From the NCBI GenBank assembly GCA_964019335.1, contig OZ025741.1, positions 62,001 through 126,000 of the forward strand: DNA of 64,000 nt, written 5' to 3'. The notes below the pieces were generated by a model. That model saw only the letters and a list, made by a program, of their open reading frames with translations. It made no database searches and had not been told where the DNA came from. Of the stretch, positions 1 to 12,748 are shown piece by piece. Each line of letters begins with the position of its first letter. The stretch's first letter is position 1. Made by a program: the position numbers and the translations under genes. This DNA is from Diplonema japonicum (taxonomy: Eukaryota; Protista; Euglenozoa: Diplonemea).

Positions 1-180
1 CGGCTGCGGCGGCGGCGGAGCTAAGATCCCGCTCAGCGAGCCATGCCGTGAAACCGCGTCAGGCTCGCTATCATTGATCGGCCTCAATCCTGGTGGGCGG
101 TGTTTCTCACTGTGGCTCGACACTCCACTTTGTCTCCTCGGAGGGGCAGGCGGCAGTGTGAACCAGTCCTCATCTTCCAT
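1..180 (-). CDS. 5' part of a Pro-rich hypothetical protein, runs off window edge
   Basis: ATG at 180 opens MEDEDWFTLPPAPPRRQSGVSS...APPPPQP with no stop before base 1; same strand as all neighbours. Confidence 0.55.
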   Translation of the reverse strand, partial: MEDEDWFTLPPAPPRRQSGVSSHSEKHRPPGLRPINDSEPDAVSRHGSLSGILAPPPPQP

Positions 181-334
181 CCCCTTCGCCCTCCCCCCTC
201 TGAGAAAAAAAAAAGAATTAGCAAAAACCGTAAAGAAAAAAATACTATGATAGGGAAATAGTGTTAGGCAAAAAACTACTCGCCGACCAGGGGGAGGGGG
301 AAGGGGAGAAAAGCAGCAAATCAACAACACAACT

Positions 335-1715
335 TTACATATTAGAGACGGTGATGTAGCGGTGCACCATGTCGTCGCCGCCGAAGGGCGCGTTGCGGAG
401 CAGTTCACGGACAGACGCCGCCTCGATCTGTTGGGTGGGGTTACAATTTAAATAAATGAAAACAAACCTTCTCCCTAGGTATGGGTTTGACCCTTCGTTT
501 CGCTTTCTTCTTGCTGTGACGTTCAAACTGTGCAATCTCCCCCTCCGTGACGGGAATGAGAGCAGTGCCCTGCGGAGCAAGTGCCTGTGACAGCAGCGAC
601 TCAAAATTATGAATCTGATCAACTGTGGTATCTGTGTAAAACAGCTCCTTAACCCGAGCAACATTAACGGAGAGAGGGGCAGACGGAGAGGAGTTGATGT
701 ATTCCTGCAACACAGCAACAACATGCTCGGGAAGACCGTGTTGTGCAAAGATGGTAAGGATGGAAGAGATGGACAGTGGGTGCATGGAATCCTTCCCGTA
801 CACCCACATGAAGAAAATAAGATGAACAGTGTCGGTGGGGAGCATGCCGAGGTCGGAGGACATCTCGTCGTACAGCCGAACACACCACCAGAAGATGTTT
901 GGTTTCTTCGCACGCAGAGCATGTATCAGTAAAGCATGTACCCCTGCAACCTGAGACGAAGCATGGGCACAGTGGTGTTGGTACGCGCTTGAAGCAGGCC
1001 CGTCGCCGGAAAACCCGTTTATTATGTCGTACTTTACACCACCCTTCACCACAAGCAGCTGGTATGCCCGTTCTGTAAACAAGGTGGAAGAGGTGCTCAT
1101 CGCACGAAGCATTTCAAAGCAATCCCGCATCTCCCATCCTTTGGCGTGCACCGCCACCCCCACGCTCCATCGTTCTGAAAGCGAACCCGCAACCCAGTCT
1201 TTTTGCATATCCTGCATCTCGGATTTGATGGACTCCCATTCGGCAGGGCGAAGCATGGCTCTGTAGCACATTCCTACCATCCACGTTGTGTATTCCTCGT
1301 AGCTGGACCTGACGTTCACACCGGCTTCAAGAAGATCCTTGCGAAGGACGGGTAAGGATGGGGAGTCGAGGCACAGCAGTGTTTCAGTCCAGTGGACCAT
1401 GCGTTTCATGACCAGTGGGTGTGCTTCCGCATATTTTGGTGTGTTGCCCAGGTAAGACTCATAGCTGAAGTGGTAGTACTCGGGTGAGAAGGTTTCCTTT
1501 TTGCTTTGTCTGCTGGCGGCCACCTCAAGCAGCATCTGCTTGTCGCCTCTCTCTGAAAGCGGCCATGACTTCTCCATCGCTCTGTGCAGCCCTTTTACCG
1601 TCCAGTCCCTTCCCGCCGATTTCCTCAGCACCGCGCTGGGAACCATTGCATCCCCGTCTATCTGGAACTTTCTTCGTAATGCTGCGCGTGCTGACTTTCT
1701 CACAGCAAGAGCCAT
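335..1715 (-). CDS. Probable mitochondrial helical-repeat (PPR-like) protein; 2 exons, intron 428-467
   Basis: Arg/Ala-rich N-terminus MALAVRKSARAALRR; PPR-like segment CVRLYDEMSSDLGMLPTDTVH; 40-nt GTTTGT...CAACAG intron joins ...PREK to IEAASVRELL...SNM*. Confidence 0.6.
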
Positions 1716-1771
1716 TTTCTTTTTTTTATAGCTTTTTTTTCCTCTTTTTTTCTTTGAAAGATTTCTGATAA

Positions 1772-3550
1772 CCCCTAAACGCCCGCGCGGACGTTTTTGT
1801 CCTTATTTCAAAATTTGCTTTTCGCTAAGTACTTTTTTTTGAACACGGCCCCTGGACTTCAAAATATGGCATTGTTGCGCGGTTTATTTTGTCTTGGAAC
1901 TACATTTTGCGTTAAAAGTTTTGTTTTAATTGAAACCGGCAGGGTTGGCTTAAAATGAAATCAGATGGTCAAAATAGCAGCGAAAACGTGAGTCTCCCCC
2001 GACTGGTCAGAAAAAGAAGAAAAAGACGATGAGGCGGTCAAAGAGGGGCCGGAAACGATGCTTGGGTGGGAGAAATACTCCCAAAGGCCCGAAACATATC
2101 ATTTCCGTAAAAAGGTGGGCTTAGGACACCTCTAGGTGAAGCGGCCAATGAGGAGGGTGTTTTTAATCTTTTTTTTTACACACGCAGTACTTGAGCTCAT
2201 AGTTTCTTCCACGAACGGTCGTTTCGGTTCAAAAAAAACAGCGGAATCTGAATCTTTCCATCCCAGAGTACAAAATTTGGCTTGGGTTGGTCCTGTTACT
2301 GGGTTTACGCTCGGCACCGAACATGAAGAGCTACTGGACAACAAATTCTAATTTAACCATCCCGGCTTTTGAGAAAATGAGCAAACCGATTCGTTGACAT
2401 ACAGCGCTACCTCACCTTTGACAACCTGGAAAACATTTGGAAGGCCTGAAACTGCACCTCATGCGCAGGTTTCTTGACATCATTGTCAACCGGTGTAGGA
2501 CTGTGCGGACCCCTGGCAAGTGGTTGTCTGTTGACGACAGTGTTATCCCGACAACAATAAAAGTCATGGCACCACGAAAAAGCAACTCGGTGGGCATCAA
2601 GGTAATCGCTACATGCGACTCATAAAACTGTTACCTGGCGAATTTCAACATTTTCAGAAGTCCACAACACAGGACCTAGTCATGCGTACTGTCGACTCCT
2701 AAGGGTTTGCTGTCGACCCCTGACCTGCAAGACCAGCTCCAGGGGACTGGAGTTCGGCATATGAAAACCCGGAAGTGGACCATGGTCGTTTTTTATTGGG
2801 TCCTGGAAAGCTGTTGCCAACCCCTCCATAATCTGGAAGAAGAGCAGGGAATGTGGCAAAAATTATGGCTTCCCGAGCTTCGAAGAAGAACTTGTTGGCA
2901 AGCTTCTCACCCATGCCCCAAAAACCGATAGCACACACCCCCGACAACACCGTCACCGACCCCCAAGCGCAAACACGCTAGCAATGAGGATTCCCTCACT
3001 CAGAAATACCCAAAACGTCTCGATTTGACCCTAAATCACACCTCCGAGACCATGATGAACGGAACGAAGGTGAGGAGGGTGCTCTATGCTGTTCCTGGGT
3101 GCGGGAAGAAGGTGCAAACGTGGTGCCCCTGTTGCAAAACCCCCTTATGCAAAACGTGTTTTTTACCCTTGCATGCTACCCCAGCTGGAAAAAAAGCTCA
3201 CAAGTTGCTTTTTTCATCCCACAGCCCCAAAAAGTCTCCAGACTGACCTCAATCCTAGAGTTCAGGGCACCAAATAGGGCTGAATGCTGCCCTTTTTACC
3301 CCAGCCATAACTCCACGGACCCCCCACGACAAGACCCCCCAAAATCGGACATAAAAAGTACACCTTCAATCCCCCTCTTACACACATAGTTAAGTGTTCT
3401 CATCTGAATCTGGCACCTGGAATTGAAAATTTTAGTACCGTTTACCTTTTCCTTGCACCTTCCTATGGTTGCATGCTGCCCTTTTTTTGAGTATTTAAAG
3501 CAACAACGAAAATGGGGGGGTCCCGTAGATAGGCTCCGGGCGTTTAGGGG
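1772..3550 (+). mobile_element. Decayed piggyBac-superfamily DNA transposon (1779 bp)
   Basis: Perfect 14-bp TIRs CCCCTAAACGCCCG (1772-1785 / 3537-3550); ATAA direct repeat on both sides; transposase fragments PGKWLSVDDSVI..GIKVIATCDS (2437-2625) and Cys-rich tail CGKKVQTWCPCCKTPLCKTCF (3025-3246); frameshifts and stops. Confidence 0.9.
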
Positions 3551-3553
3551 ATA

Positions 3554-3584
<31 letters not shown>

Positions 3585-4163
3585 CAGTTTGAGGAGAAAA
3601 GTATAAGGCAGACAAGAAAAAAAAAGGGGGGAAGGGGGGAGGGGCTTGCAAACCACCATGCGCACACAATTTCATGTAAAAAGGAAAATATAAAAAAGAA
3701 AGACATACACACTTGAGACCAGGTCTCTGGATTTGTGATTTTCCCATCTGTGATCTATTACCCTTCTGGGAGGATGGACCCCCATCGGAAAAAAAGAAGA
3801 AACAATAAAACACTTTGAAGAAAAGAAAGAAGGAAGGAAAAGAGGGGAAAGTGCTGTGTGCCAGGCACCTTTCGTTTTCTTTTCTTTTAAAATCCTCCAT
3901 TTCTGTATCGCGCAAGAAAGAACAACAACAACAACAAAAAAGAGGGAAGAAAAGGGTGCAAAAGCATGATTGGTCCTTTTTGAAGCCAAAAAAAGGGGGG
4001 GGGTGAAGCCTTTGGGATTAGGGAATTGATCGTTGAAAGGTTATCTTTTTTCTTTTCCTCGTTTTTCTTTGGAACATTCTTTTCATAGATATTGTGTCCA
4101 AAAAAGGGTCGGTCCTACCTAGTAGTTAATTTCTTTTTAAACTTTTTTATTTTCTTTTTCTGC

Positions 4164-7100
4164 TCATGATGTCGTCCTTCTCGCACGAGTAATGAGGTCC
4201 ACATCCCCACGTTTGAAAAGATCACTCCATGCAACCTGTATTGAAATAAAAAAAAACCTTTTTTACCCCTCAGGATGTACATACGTTCGCCTTCAACTGA
4301 AGACCGCCAGGAGGGGCCTCAAGGAAGCCAGACCCCACCAGGTAGCACACTGCCTGCTCTAAAGATTTTGTCATATCGGGGAACTCGCTGTTGGGCGCAC
4401 CATTGATGGCAGCGACAAGATCGCTCGAGTCATGCACCTGACCTGAACGGAGGGATGTGTCCCAGTTCTCTGAGAAGTGCGACGCGACTGCGGAGAGGGC
4501 GTTCTCCCCCAGCTCAGAGGCGGCCAGCAACTTCGCCCTCCACTCCTTGTAAGGGAGCTCCTCCATCTCATACCCAAGGCTCTTGAACAGCCTGAACACG
4601 GCAGCGTAGGGAACAGGCGTCGCGTTCACAAGGTTGTAGTGATGTCCCCTGCTCTCTTCCTTCATGCACACTGTCACTGATGCTGCGGCCATCCAGTCCA
4701 CAGGGCTCATGTCGATGCCCTTTGACTCGTCGACCTTGGGGTATGCCTTCAGCTGCACGCACCCCTTCATCAACCTCACCAGGAAGTCATCTGTCGTCCA
4801 GGCGCCTGTGTCAGACGCACCCGAGATAAACGACGGTCTCAAGCACATAGCAGGGATGCCCCTCATCTTCGCTGCGTCCATCACCATCTTATCGGCCACC
4901 CACTTGCTCTGGGTGTACCCGCCTGTCAGGCCCTTGCCCGACGAGAGCTCGATGTTCTCCTTGATGATGTCATACTTGCAGTACTCCGCCTCGTACACGT
5001 TCGTCGTCGAGATGAACGCCAGAACCTTCAGCTTGTCGCCCTCGCAGCACAGCTTCAAAATCTCCAGCGTCCCGTCCACGTTTGCCGCCTTCATGCTCTC
5101 GTAAGGCAGCAGCCAGTGGACCACAGCGCCGCTGTGCACTACAAGGTCCACCCTGTCCACAAGCTCCGCCCACCTTTCGTTGGAAAGGCCAAGGCAAGGA
5201 AGGCCCAGGTCTCCCAAGCACGGGATGATCCTGCTGTCGTACTCGTCTTTCCACCCAAGGCACGCCTTCAACATCTTCACCATCCTCTGTTTGGCCTCGT
5301 GCATCGCGCCCTGCCCCTTTGGAGCACGGATTAGGCAGTAGATCGGCCCGTCAGTCCTCTTCAGAAGGTCGATGACGATGAACGTGGCCAAGAAGCCAGG
5401 TGTGCCTGTTACGAACACCCCACGTGGCTTGCTGGGGGGACTGATGGCACCCTCCGATCGCTTGATGCAAGAGGGAAGCTGGGCTTCGAACATGAAGTCC
5501 CGTGGCCCTGCTGTGCCCCCGTTGGTGCCCTGTGCGGCACCTGCCATTCCTGCAAGGGTGGGACTGGCGAACAGTGCGTTCAGAGGGAGCTTGACACCGA
5601 ACAGCTTGTTGACCTCCATGGTGACAACTGTAGCGGAGAGACTGTGACCCCCAAGGTCGAAGAAGTTGTCTTCCTTGCTCCTCACTGCGTGAGCAAGGTG
5701 TTTCTTCCAAATGGCAAGCACCTTCTCCTCTGCGTCAGTAAGGCCTTCGATGACCATTGTGTCAATGCTGTCATCCCTAGGCGGCTCAGGAAGCGCCTTG
5801 TGGTTGATCTTTGCGTTGGGTGTCAACGGCATCTTCTGCAGAATGACGATCGCGGTGGGCACCATGTAGTGCGGCACCTTGGACTTCAAGAAGTCCCTGT
5901 ACTCCGTGCTGAGGTTCCTCATGTTGTCTTGCGACTCATTGGCGTACGCCAAAGCATCAGGGATGGGCACCACATAGCTCACAATGATCTTCTCGTCCTT
6001 GGCATCTTTCCTCACCACTGTTACGTTCTCTTTCGCCTTTTCGTGGCGGGACAGCTTGGCGTTGATCTCACCGAGCTCGATACGGAACCCTCTGATCTTC
6101 ACCTGGTCGTCGACACGGCCAAGGCATTCCACCGTCCCGTCAGCCAGGTAGTGCCCAAGGTCACCAGACTTGTACAGCATGTCAGTCGGGTTCGACGTGA
6201 ATGGCGATTTGATGAACTTAGCAGCGGTGTCCTTCGGGAGCCCCAGGTAGCCCTTGGCAAGGTGACAGCTCCTCATGTGGATCTCGGCAGCCTCGCCGAC
6301 ACCTGCAGGCTTCCCAGCAGGGTTTAGCAGAAGCATCTGGCAGTCCTTCATCCCCTTCCCGCACGGAATGACCTCCTTAAGCTCGTTGATGAATTCTTCG
6401 GTGCCACCCTGTGCAGGAGGGGGAAGGTCGAAGTAGCCCACGGCACGCGATGTCTCAGTCGTGCCCCACATGTTGATGATCCTGCAGTTAGGCGCAAAAC
6501 CACGTAGCCTCAGCACGTCCCTTTTGATGAGCATGTCACCAACAAACATCACAAAACGGAGGTCGTTCATCGTGAAATTCGCCTCGTCGACAGTGACGAG
6601 GATCTGCCCCAAAGCAGGGGTGAAGCAGCAAACGGTTATGTTCTGCGCCTTCATGTACCTCCCAAGACAGCCAGGCGTGTTGATGGTGTCCTGCGTAGGG
6701 ATGAACACAGCAGCACCGAAGAACAAGGGTGTGAAGATGTCACGCTGGAGGGGGTCGTGTGCAATACCACTGCACATCCCAAACCTGTCCTTCTCAGTGA
6801 TATCGAAGGTTGCACCAAGCCACGGGTAGAAAGTGGTGAGTGACGACTGTCGGCCCATAACACCTTTAGGGATACCGGTGGAACCAGATGTGAACGTCAC
6901 AACAGCGGTATCGTCCTGCGAGATCTCAACATCAGGGAGAGTGTCGGGGGAGTCCTTGAGCAATGTGTCGAACTTCTCAGACTTTGGCTCCGGGAGCACC
7001 ATCCTGACCTTCGGCTTGATCGATGTGATGTACTCATCCACGTCGCTGGGTTCGACAGGTGCGTCTTCGATGCGAACCCAGCCCACGATGCCAGCTATCT

Positions 7101-8946
7101 TCATACACGTGACCACGCGCTCCCCAGGGTACTGCGGGTCCATCATGGAGTAGGCTGCCCCCGCTTTGTAAATACCTATTATAGCAACCACAACAGCAGG
7201 GCTCCTATACCCGTAGATGCCGATCACATCACCTTTCTTGACTCCGTTCTTCAGCAAAGAGTGAGCGAACTTGCTTGTTGCAACATCAAGTTCCGCGTAG
7301 CTCAGCGTCGTGCCAGGCTCGTACGACACAGCAAGTTGTTCGGGGTGCCTCTGTGCGTTCTTGTGGAACACGTGAACAAGGGCGCCCGGCCAACCCTCAT
7401 CCTGCGGAGTGGTGGGGTCGGGCAGGATGGCCCTCGCCTTGGGGGTGATGAGGGAGTAGTCGTAGATACCCTGCGTGGGCCTCTCAACAACCTGCTTGAG
7501 AAGGTATGTGTAGTTGTTCATCAGCTCACCAATGAAAGGCTTCGTGAAGAGCTGTGCGTTGTACAAGAAAACGAATTCAACGCCGCCGTCCCACCTGTTG
7601 TTCACACGGAGCGTCAGGTCGTATGGCGCAAGCGCCTTCCCGACCACGGCAAGGTTCTCGACGGTGGTCCATGCAGCATCTCTCTTGATGGGGGGTGTCA
7701 GCTGGCTGTCCATCATGTACATAACCTTGAAAAGCGGTGACAGGGCGTCGGCGTCCTGGTCCTGCATCGTACCACCAAGCAGCGTGGTCTTGGCACCCTT
7801 GAGGGTCTCCTGCATGAGGGGTGAGTCGATGACCTGCTCAAACTCGACATGCTTATGTTGCATCACGCCGCTGATGGCCTTGGATGTCCTCTGCAGTACC
7901 TCCCTGAAAGACAGCGTGGGGGAGTCGTCAGCTGAGGAGAGGTCCGTTCTGAGCGGAATCCTGTTGGTGAGGGGCCCAACGGTGGCGTCGTACCCGTCGC
8001 GGCGGAGGTTCGTCAGCAGGCCGATAACAACGTCCTTCTCCGCAGTCATCCTGCTCAGCCACGTGACGAAGACAGAGATGAGGATGTTGTGCAGACCAAA
8101 CTCACAGCCCGCGGCGATTCTGCGGAGGTTCTTCGCTGTTTGCGTGCTGCCATGGAGCACGTACGAGTACCTAGCCTGCTTCATCGAGACAAGCTGGGGT
8201 CTAGGCCTGTCGACTGGCACTTGCACAACAGGCATGGCGTCTGACAGGTTGGTGGCCCAGAAGCTCACAGCGTTTCTGAACTCATCTGTCTCAGAGGACT
8301 CTATGATTCTTGTGTCGGCGTCCTCTTCGCTGACCATCTGGCTGACAAGACGGAGAAGACCAGCACCTTGCGGGGAGAGGAGCTGCTCGTAGGTCTGGAC
8401 AAGCTCTGAGACGATCCACTCGATGGACCACGCATCGACGATGCTCCTGTGCCCGACAATGAGGAGCTCCTCGATGTGTGTGCTTCTCCTCATCACAACG
8501 AATCTGAACAGCGGGGATGCCTCGTCAAAGGAGAAGGGCTTCATGAGCCACGATGTGCACGGCACTGTGAGGTCCGCACACGACGTCTCCACCTCTTCGA
8601 AGAAGAGGAACTTCTCGATGAGCACATCATCCCACTCAGGGCGCTTCATGCAGTACCTCGTGCTGTACGGGGGTGAGATCATCTCGCAGGAGGGTGCAGG
8701 GAGCTTCTCCGACTTCCTCTCCTGCAAGTTGCACTGCAGAATAGGACTGCGCTGCAGCACCGTCCCGATCGCCTTCTTCATGGCACCGAGGTCCAAGTGA
8801 TGTCCGTGCCTGAACTTGATCCTCCTGCCGATGCTGAACCCGGACTGGATTGCGCCATCTTGCTGCTTCTGGTGGTCAGCGAAATTCTGTTCAAGAAGCA
8901 AATACTTCTCCTGCTGCACACCGGCAGCAGTAACATGGACAGTCAT
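4164..8946 (-). CDS. LYS2: L-alpha-aminoadipate reductase (NRPS-like C-like/A/PCP/thioester reductase); intron 4236-4284
   Basis: Lys2-type A-domain motifs FTSGSTGIPKGVMGR, SGIAHDPLQRDIFTPLFFGA, GTTETSRAV, DQVKIRGFRIELGEI; PCP FFDLGGHSL; R domain VFVTGTPGFL and GYTQSKWVA; start MTVHV at 8946; 49-nt intron adds VAWSDLFKR...TTS*. Confidence 0.88.
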
Positions 8947-9886
8947 CGTTCTTTTTTTTTCTTCTTTTATATTCTTCTGGGGTATAGTATCTTTCTTTTT
9001 TTCTTTTTTAAAAAAGAGAAGAAAATATTTTCTTTTGCGCACAAGAGGGTTTTGTATCACGAAAAAAAAAAAAAAAAACAGTCTTCTAGTACCGGTAAGA
9101 GAGAAGAAAAAAAAAGGGGGAAACAAAAAGCAGTTGAGGGAATGAAGCTGTTGGGGTAGAAACCTGGAGAGGTTCTTAACCCGTCAAGGCTCGTTCTTGG
9201 AAAAACGGGGGAGGAGAAACAAAGAGAACCTGAGGGAAAGAAGAAAAAAATGAAGGGGCAAAAAAAAAAGGGGGGGTTTTTTTTAAATTGTACGTTTGTT
9301 GCAGTGCCAGTTGTTCTTTTTCTTTTCTATCTTTTAGAAAGCAGTGGTTCACAGGTATAAAAAAAAAAAGAAAAAAAAAACATGGTTCATAAATTAATAA
9401 AATTTCAAAAAGAGAAAAGTTTAAATCAATGGAAAGAGAGGCTTTGTTTTCTTGTTTCTGGGAAGGGTTGCGATGGCCAAAGAACTGTAATCTTTCTTCA
9501 GGATATCGGCAACCCTCCCGAGGCAATCAAACAGATGGGAAACGAGGACCCATTGATGGTCCTATCCTTATTTTTCTTCGATCTTTCTGGTTTGAACCTT
9601 TCTTGTCTTTTAAGTAATTGTCTGAACAAGTTCGTATATAATGTGAATAAAGAATGGGGGAAAAAAAAAAGAAGGGGAAACAAACAAAAAAAAAAGAAAG
9701 AAACCCACCCTTTTCGTGCAACCTGATTTTCGAATAAAAGAAGAAAAAAAAAAAAAGAAAACACGATGTCGATGGGCTGATTTCATTCCCCCCCTTTTTT
9801 TTCCCCTCATTCTTTTTCGTTTGGTGGCAGATTGCAGGTTTGTTTTTCTTCTTTTTTTTCACCCTCCCCGAAAAAAAAATCAAAAA

Positions 9887-12181
9887 TCAAATGTTCGAAG
9901 GCCACAGAGCACGGATGGCAGTAGCAAGCTGGTCCCAAGTCATAGTGACAGCTGTACCCTTGTCACACTGATTGCCCAGAGGCGAATCAAGGACGGGTTC
10001 GGAACCAGAAATTGTCACATAAGTCGTTCCGGTGAGCGAACCAAGGTTGCTCGGCCCGCACACCTGCGCCCCATCGACCATAGTGTTCTTCGTGAAGTAG
10101 TCTGTGGGGAAGCCAGTGACCTGGAACCACGGCTGGGCCTGCACCATGATGTTCCCCGTCATGTTGCGGTAGTCCCCATCACGGTACTTGAACCCCCCAA
10201 GGAAGACGGTGTTGAAGGCGTCCTCGTACTGGCTGGACCCATCGTCATGATCAACGTTCCACCCAGCAGGCCCGAGGAACATGTTGTGCACAAGGCGGTT
10301 GACCTTGGGCTTCATACACATTTCAGACGGTGCGCCAACACACGGGAACACCCAGTCTCTACGGTCCCAGCTGTTGAAGGTACCGTGGTCGCCTGTCTCC
10401 GTAACCATGTTGAAGACAAGGTTTCCTTGGAGGAGGTCGCCGCCCATGAAACCATCGTTGAAGTTGAACCCTGCACGCGGCCCGTTGTAGCACACGTTGT
10501 TCTCGATAACATTGGCGTGGGTCACACCCTTGAAGAAGCACGACGTCTGCTTCATGTAGAACCCAACGGTGTCGATGAGGTTCCCGCTGAATGTGTTGTA
10601 CTCTGGGATGCTGTCGGTGTTGCCGAGCGCAAGCTTCGTGGACCCGACAACGAGGAACGCAGAGTCGCCTGTCCTCCAGAAGTTGGAGTTGGTGACAGCG
10701 GAGTGCTTCACGTAGTTTGAGAAGAAGACTGCGTTCCCACCCAACTGGTCGAACCCCACACTGTCAATGGTGACCCTCTCTGCTCCGTCTACAAACAATG
10801 CAGCACCACGGTGCACGCTCCAGTCACCACCTGAAGGTACTTCATAGTCTTGCAGGTATGTCGGTGATGCGCGGGTTACGTTGACCCCCTGCAGGACAAT
10901 GTCGTGGGCAGGTGATGCTGCGGTTCCCCTCACGGACCATAGGTACATGTGCTGTGGGACTTCTACAACCGCCTGACCGCTGAGAAGGCTTTCTTCTTCC
11001 ACAGTGTCCTTCGGGAAGTACTTCAGCACCCTTGTCGTCTCGTTGAAGAACCATTCGAGCGGTGCGTCGAGCTCCTCCGCAACGTTCTCGACGTAGAACC
11101 CACCGCACCCGGTGTCGCCCCTTGCCTCTTGGTTCCCGCCGCGGGCGAACTCGATGACATCTTTGCTTACGGATGACGACTCGAACCCCCAGCTGCCCCA
11201 CCCGCTGGGCTGGTACATCTTCACCACAACACCAGTGGGGTCGGCCCACTTGGCCATGCGTGCTTGCACATCAGGGCTGGTCACTGTCATTCCTTTGATG
11301 GACACGGTGTTCCAGAAGGGGTTGTTGTATGTCTCGTTGAAACGCGTGTTGTAGTAAAGCTGCTGCGTGGTCTTGCAGTTGTTGATGTCTCTGGGAGCGG
11401 TCATGTCGGAGATCACGACATCAGACGAGGAGGCAAGCGAGACGGTGGCGATGTGGGCTCCGGTCTTGGACTTCACGTTGGCGTTGAGGGGGAATTGCTT
11501 GGCGGACGATGTCTCGGCGTGGCCGGTGCAGCCGGAAGCGTAGCCTGACTTCGGGATGAGCGGGTCGCCGTTGGGGTACCTCGCACGAACCCGACGGTCG
11601 CCACTGATGAAGAGTTCCATGAAAGAGCTGACAGTGGAGGGCACAATGCACTGAAGGGTAGCACCTGTAGACTTAGTCCATGTGCAGTTCAACTTTACAC
11701 CACCGCTGACGACGGAGCCCTGCTGGCCCTGCCAAGTGATGGGATAGCCGGGCAGCCCACTGTCTTTATCGGTAAGCTCGAAGGTGCTGGCGAGGTAATG
11801 AGTTCCCTTCATGATGTTAACCACAACGCCACTGCGGATATCCTCCTCTGAGAGTCTTCGAACCATCTCGCGAGCCTTGGGAAGCGACTTGAAGGCGGTG
11901 GACTCGGTCAGACCGTTGGAAGTATCGTCACCATTGGGGCTCACGTAGAAGACCTTCTTCCCAGTGGTGCGGGGGTGCGTTGGCTTGTCCACAGCGGTGG
12001 CCGGACGTGGGCATCCGGACGGGAAGTCCAAAGATGCGTAAACATTGTCGATGGCTTGCTTCCCGCCGATCTTCGCAGCGAACTCCAAAGAAGTCTGCTT
12101 CACAGTGCACTCGTAGCTGAAGTTCTGAGCAGCACACCCTGCCAGCAGGGTCAGCACCACTGGTATCCTCATATTCCCCAT
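9887..12181 (-). CDS. Secreted right-handed parallel beta-helix (pectin-lyase fold, GH141-like) protein
   Basis: Signal peptide MRIPVVLTLLAGCAA; FYVSPNGDD..NG....AFKSL, GTHYL..TFELT..DSG, ELFISGDRRVRARYPN, then beta-helix repeats and ETGDHGTFNSWDR. Confidence 0.75.
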   Translation of the reverse strand: MGNMRIPVVLTLLAGCAAQNFSYECTVKQTSLEFAAKIGGKQAIDNVYASLDFPSGCPRPATAVDKPTHPRTTGKKVFYVSPNGDDTSNGLTESTAFKSLPKAREMVRRLSEEDIRSGVVVNIMKGTHYLASTFELTDKDSGLPGYPITWQGQQGSVVSGGVKLNCTWTKSTGATLQCIVPSTVSSFMELFISGDRRVRARYPNGDPLIPKSGYASGCTGHAETSSAKQFPLNANVKSKTGAHIATVSLASSSDVVISDMTAPRDINNCKTTQQLYYNTRFNETYNNPFWNTVSIKGMTVTSPDVQARMAKWADPTGVVVKMYQPSGWGSWGFESSSVSKDVIEFARGGNQEARGDTGCGGFYVENVAEELDAPLEWFFNETTRVLKYFPKDTVEEESLLSGQAVVEVPQHMYLWSVRGTAASPAHDIVLQGVNVTRASPTYLQDYEVPSGGDWSVHRGAALFVDGAERVTIDSVGFDQLGGNAVFFSNYVKHSAVTNSNFWRTGDSAFLVVGSTKLALGNTDSIPEYNTFSGNLIDTVGFYMKQTSCFFKGVTHANVIENNVCYNGPRAGFNFNDGFMGGDLLQGNLVFNMVTETGDHGTFNSWDRRDWVFPCVGAPSEMCMKPKVNRLVHNMFLGPAGWNVDHDDGSSQYEDAFNTVFLGGFKYRDGDYRNMTGNIMVQAQPWFQVTGFPTDYFTKNTMVDGAQVCGPSNLGSLTGTTYVTISGSEPVLDSPLGNQCDKGTAVTMTWDQLATAIRALWPSNI

Positions 12182-12748
12182 ATTTCTTCTTTTCTTTCCC
12201 TGTATTATTTGTGTTGGTTTCCAACAACGAGCAAAGGAGGGGGAAGGGAACAAAATTCCACATACAATCAGGGTAAACCACAGAACCAGCGAATAGAAAA
12301 ATGAGCCGGAAGGGGACAAGAGGGGAATAAATGGGTGGGTGCAGCTATTTAAGTAGCTGCGAACGTACTTGTCTCCTCTCCCTCTACACACATCCACCCC
12401 CCCCCCCCCCCCGTCTATCAATATTGAGCAATTCTTTTTTTTTTAAAAAGAACTTGTTCTTTTTTTTATTTGTTCTGAGGGGGAGGGAGGCATTAAAAAA
12501 ATAGTGGGGGGGGGAAATAAGTCGGATCTGATAGTCTATTTATGGCCCTCTTTTCTTTTAGGGGGAGGGGAGGAGACAATCTCTTCTGTTTTTTCTTCTT
12601 TTCTTCTTCTTTTATCTTCTTCCTTTTTTTTTTTTTTCCCTACCAAAATACCAATAAAATAAATTGTTGTCATTGATCAAAGCAAACAAAACCTTAAAAA
12701 AAAAAACTTTTTTTTTGAAAAAAAAAGGAAAAAAAAAAAAAAAAACCA

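Noticed and set aside
3700-3790. Weak similarity (TTCCCATCTGT...GGGAGG) to the reverse strand near 9510-9545
   Set aside because: Too short and gapped to distinguish from chance
4270-9126. NRPS secondary-metabolite gene cluster
   Set aside because: Single module with Lys2-specific motifs and no tailoring genes nearby; primary metabolism is more parsimonious
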